A DNA stretch of 64,000 nt, taken from NCBI GenBank assembly GCA_973895155.1, contig OZ316892.1:23510033-23574032 (forward strand), given 5' to 3'. Below the pieces are notes generated by a model, which was given only the letters and a program-made list of their open reading frames with translations, made no database searches and was not told the DNA's origin. Source of the stretch: Marsupella aquatica. Lineage: Eukaryota; Plantae; Marchantiophyta. How positions within the stretch are numbered: position 1 is the stretch's first letter; every line of letters starts with the position of its first letter. Positions 61,039 through 64,000 of the stretch are shown in pieces. The position numbers and the translations under genes are program-made.

Positions 61039-63905
61039 ATGGCGACCACTCGCTTAATACTACAGGTTCTGGAGACTTATCAGAAAGCGCGCATCACATT
61101 TGCCCAAACAGTGGCAGAGTTTTCCAACAAACCCACAGTAAGAGATCCATCAGATTGACTGTACTCAGTGAGGTAGTCAGTGTAACATTTTTGTAAATGG
61201 TCTGTCAATAGTTGTGTTAGGTTATTTGTGAGACATTACCAACATTACTGATTTCCGATTTCAGAATCATTTGCAAATGTGAATTCATTGTCACATAAGA
61301 AATCTGTGCAAATGGATTGAGTGATTGATTACAAAACATTTGAATCCAATTCCATGGAATTAGTAGTTGCAGTGGGGTTTGCTTAAAGGTCCTCTATCAG
61401 ATTATTTACTTTCTCTTGTTCAGATGTCTCTAAGTCTTGTCACCCATGCATTTAAATACCCACTGACCTTAAAAGCTTACTCTTCCAATGCTCTCCCTCC
61501 TGGTTCTTTGTTGTAATCAGCCAGGATGAACAAATCAAGGTTGCAGCCTGGCTTGTACAAAGGAAGTAGATCATATTCAAATTATCATCGCCCTAAATCA
61601 ATTATCTAATTTGCTAGTGCAAGGGAAACCAACAGATTACACAAAGGCCAAGACAGCTACTACATTGGCCATTGGCACCAAATCTGAGAGTTTGTTTATC
61701 CAACAATCAGGTCCTATGGATGCGACAAACATGAACAAACTAATAATTTACTAAATGCAAAGAGGCCTTAGGGAGCTATCCAATGAAAAAGTTGTAATTC
61801 GACACTCTGAGATGCATGGTGCATGCTTGCTATTGTGCAGAATGTAGAGGTGTTACACAATGCAGGATGCATGCAGTTGTTGAGGCCGCTCTTGCTCGAC
61901 AGTGTGCCTAATATTCAACAAACCGCTGCGCTTGCACTGTCACGATTGGCTGGCTACAGTGAAGAGCTAGCTGAGGCTATTGTTCATGAAAATATTTTGA
62001 TCCAACTTGTCTATTCTCTTAGGTTCTTTAATCCAACCATGCTACCTTCTAGACAAACAACACCTAGACATTGAATTTAATGAGCAAAAGGATAAAGTGT
62101 CTTGCATATAAAATGCATAATAATTGATAGTAGATTTTTATTGTGATAGCACATTTATGATAGGATAAGTTAATAATAACACAATCTCATGATACCTCTG
62201 CCCTAGTGGGGGATTTAATGTATAAAGACAGATGTACAAGTTAATCAAAGAATATCAAGAAGAAAGTGTGGCATCCTTCTCCCATGAGCTACAGAGTTTA
62301 TGTGGAGATATTCAACCAAGACTCACATAGTAAAAAACACCCTCGATAGAACAGTGAAAATATTTAAAACTTTTGATTCGGTCCATTCATTGTAATTTCC
62401 TGTGCATGTCTATCTTACTAACTTGCCAAACCACTGTCCACTTTATGTTTATTTCAGGGAACAAAACAGATACAACAAAAGGGCTGCAGCATCTGTGTTG
62501 AGAGCAATAGCCAAACACTCTGCACCACTGGCTCAAGCATGTGTTGATGCTGGAGCAGTGCAACCACTTGTCCTTTGCCTTGAAGAGTTTGACCCAGCTG
62601 TTAAGGAGGTTGGTGCATGGGCTTTGGGGCACATTGCCCGCCACAATAGTGATCTGGCTCAGTATGTTGTGGATGCTGGAGCAGTTGCCTTGCTCGTGCT
62701 CTGTGTACAGGTATGATGCATATTCACAAGTGCAATAGATAGATCTAATGGCTCAGTAGGTGAACTATGAATGCCACCTTTCAAATGCACCATGCATACT
62801 AAAGTTTCATAAAACAAGGTGATCATAACATTTAGGGTTTTTGCTTCACAGAGTCTACTTGAGTCTGTGGTGGAAACCTATCCTTATGCTAGGAGGTGTG
62901 TGGTGGAAATAAATGGGTGGATTTGGATATCTTGGCTGGTTTGTAGGAACCCGAGCTGACGCTAAGGCATTGCTCGGCAGCAACTTTGTCTGATATTGCC
63001 AAACACACTCCAGAGCTTGCCCAGGGTATTGTTGATTCTGGCGTAGTTCCATTCATTGCTCCTCTTATCACACATACCGATACCAAATTGAAACGAGAGG
63101 TACTAGTCTGCATGCTTTGTGTCTGTCCCATTTTCTCCTTAGTTGAATCCTTAGTTTTCTTTTGTCTAGTAAGCTCTTAGCTACAGAATTGTGACCAACC
63201 TCTGACTTTCTCTTTCCATGATATCTTCTACTTTCTTGGTCAAGGTCTTAGGGTGAATTGAAATCTTTTTCTCAGTTGTCAATTATGGCTTAGGCCGGGG
63301 GCTTGGGATTAACCTGAAGAAAAAATTGAGTAGATGGTTGGATTTTCCGACATACTTTGGTCTCAATATACTTAGTTTGAATGAGTGTTTGCTTGTGTGT
63401 ATACATGAATTGATGAATCTCACAACTAAGAGTCTATAGTATTGTTCTGAACAGGTATGTGCTGTTCTCTTTCAAATTGCAAAGCAGACAGCTGACTTGG
63501 CTGAGGTAATTATTGTCCTAGACTGTCACACTGGCACCTTTGTAAGTTAAGTATTATATGAATTTGATTTTATCTTACATGCCATCCCAATTGAAGTGGA
63601 GAACCACTCTTGAGAGGGATTATCTTTGGAATGTACATCAATGTGACCAGACACTTGGTGATAGCTGACTGTTGACACAGTTTGTGGGAACTATACCATG
63701 CAGGTTATTGTTGCTGCGGATGTATTTCCAAGGATATTCACCTTGTTGAAGGACACAGATCCCATGGTTCGAAGAAATGCAGCTTCAGTGGCCCGTGAGG
63801 TTTGCAAGCACACACCTGAGTTAGCACAACTCATAGTTGCAACCGGTGGTGTGGCAGCCCTTGTAGATAATATATCTGAAGTCACTGGCAATGAGCGTTT
63901 ACCTG
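61039..63905 (+). CDS. SPAG6: Axonemal central-apparatus armadillo-repeat protein PF16/SPAG6, 5' part. Exons 61039-61137, 61841-62022, 62458-62710, 62947-63099, 63455-63505, 63704-63905; continues beyond the window
   Basis: Spliced product MATTRLILQVLETYQKARITFAQTVAE...LLRPLLLDSVPNIQQTAALALSRLA...EQNRYNKRAAASVLRAIAKHS...LEEFDPAVKE...KHTPELAQ...GNERLPG. All introns are GT-AG and phase-consistent. Confidence 0.92.
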
Positions 63906-64000
63906 GTAAATCATCTTGCAACTCCTTTTCAATAGTTAGTAAGTGTTGGATAGAGTTATTTGACAAGAGATAGTTTGCTATTGAGTGATAAAGAGGTTAG

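Overview
Land-plant nuclear DNA, most likely a bryophyte such as a liverwort. This is inferred from spliceosomal introns, OVATE/RLP44/BTB genes and a flagellar PF16/SPAG6 gene. Host genes: a very long OVATE-family protein (12241-14904), an SCPL50-like serine carboxypeptidase (minus strand, 2 exons), a Cys-rich BTB/POZ protein (minus strand, 2 exons), an RLP44-like LRR receptor-like protein, peroxisomal dienoyl-CoA isomerase DCI1 (2 exons) and the 5' part of SPAG6/PF16. Two decayed copies of one Ty1/copia family are present: 1-2510 (partial) and 24121-34174 (full length, TSD CAACC). The most unusual feature is a 4011-bp insertion (27086-31096) inside the integrase of the second copy. It has TG..CA ends, a 5-bp TSD (ACGAT) and no LTR pair, gag or pol. 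It carries its own TATA box and a single ~882-codon frame for a putative nuclear coiled-coil protein, so it looks like a giant gene-carrying solo LTR. The copia itself sits at the junction of two tail-to-tail tRNA-headed SINE-like elements, one with a 5x103-bp amplified 3' end. All calls are by eye; no database searches were run.
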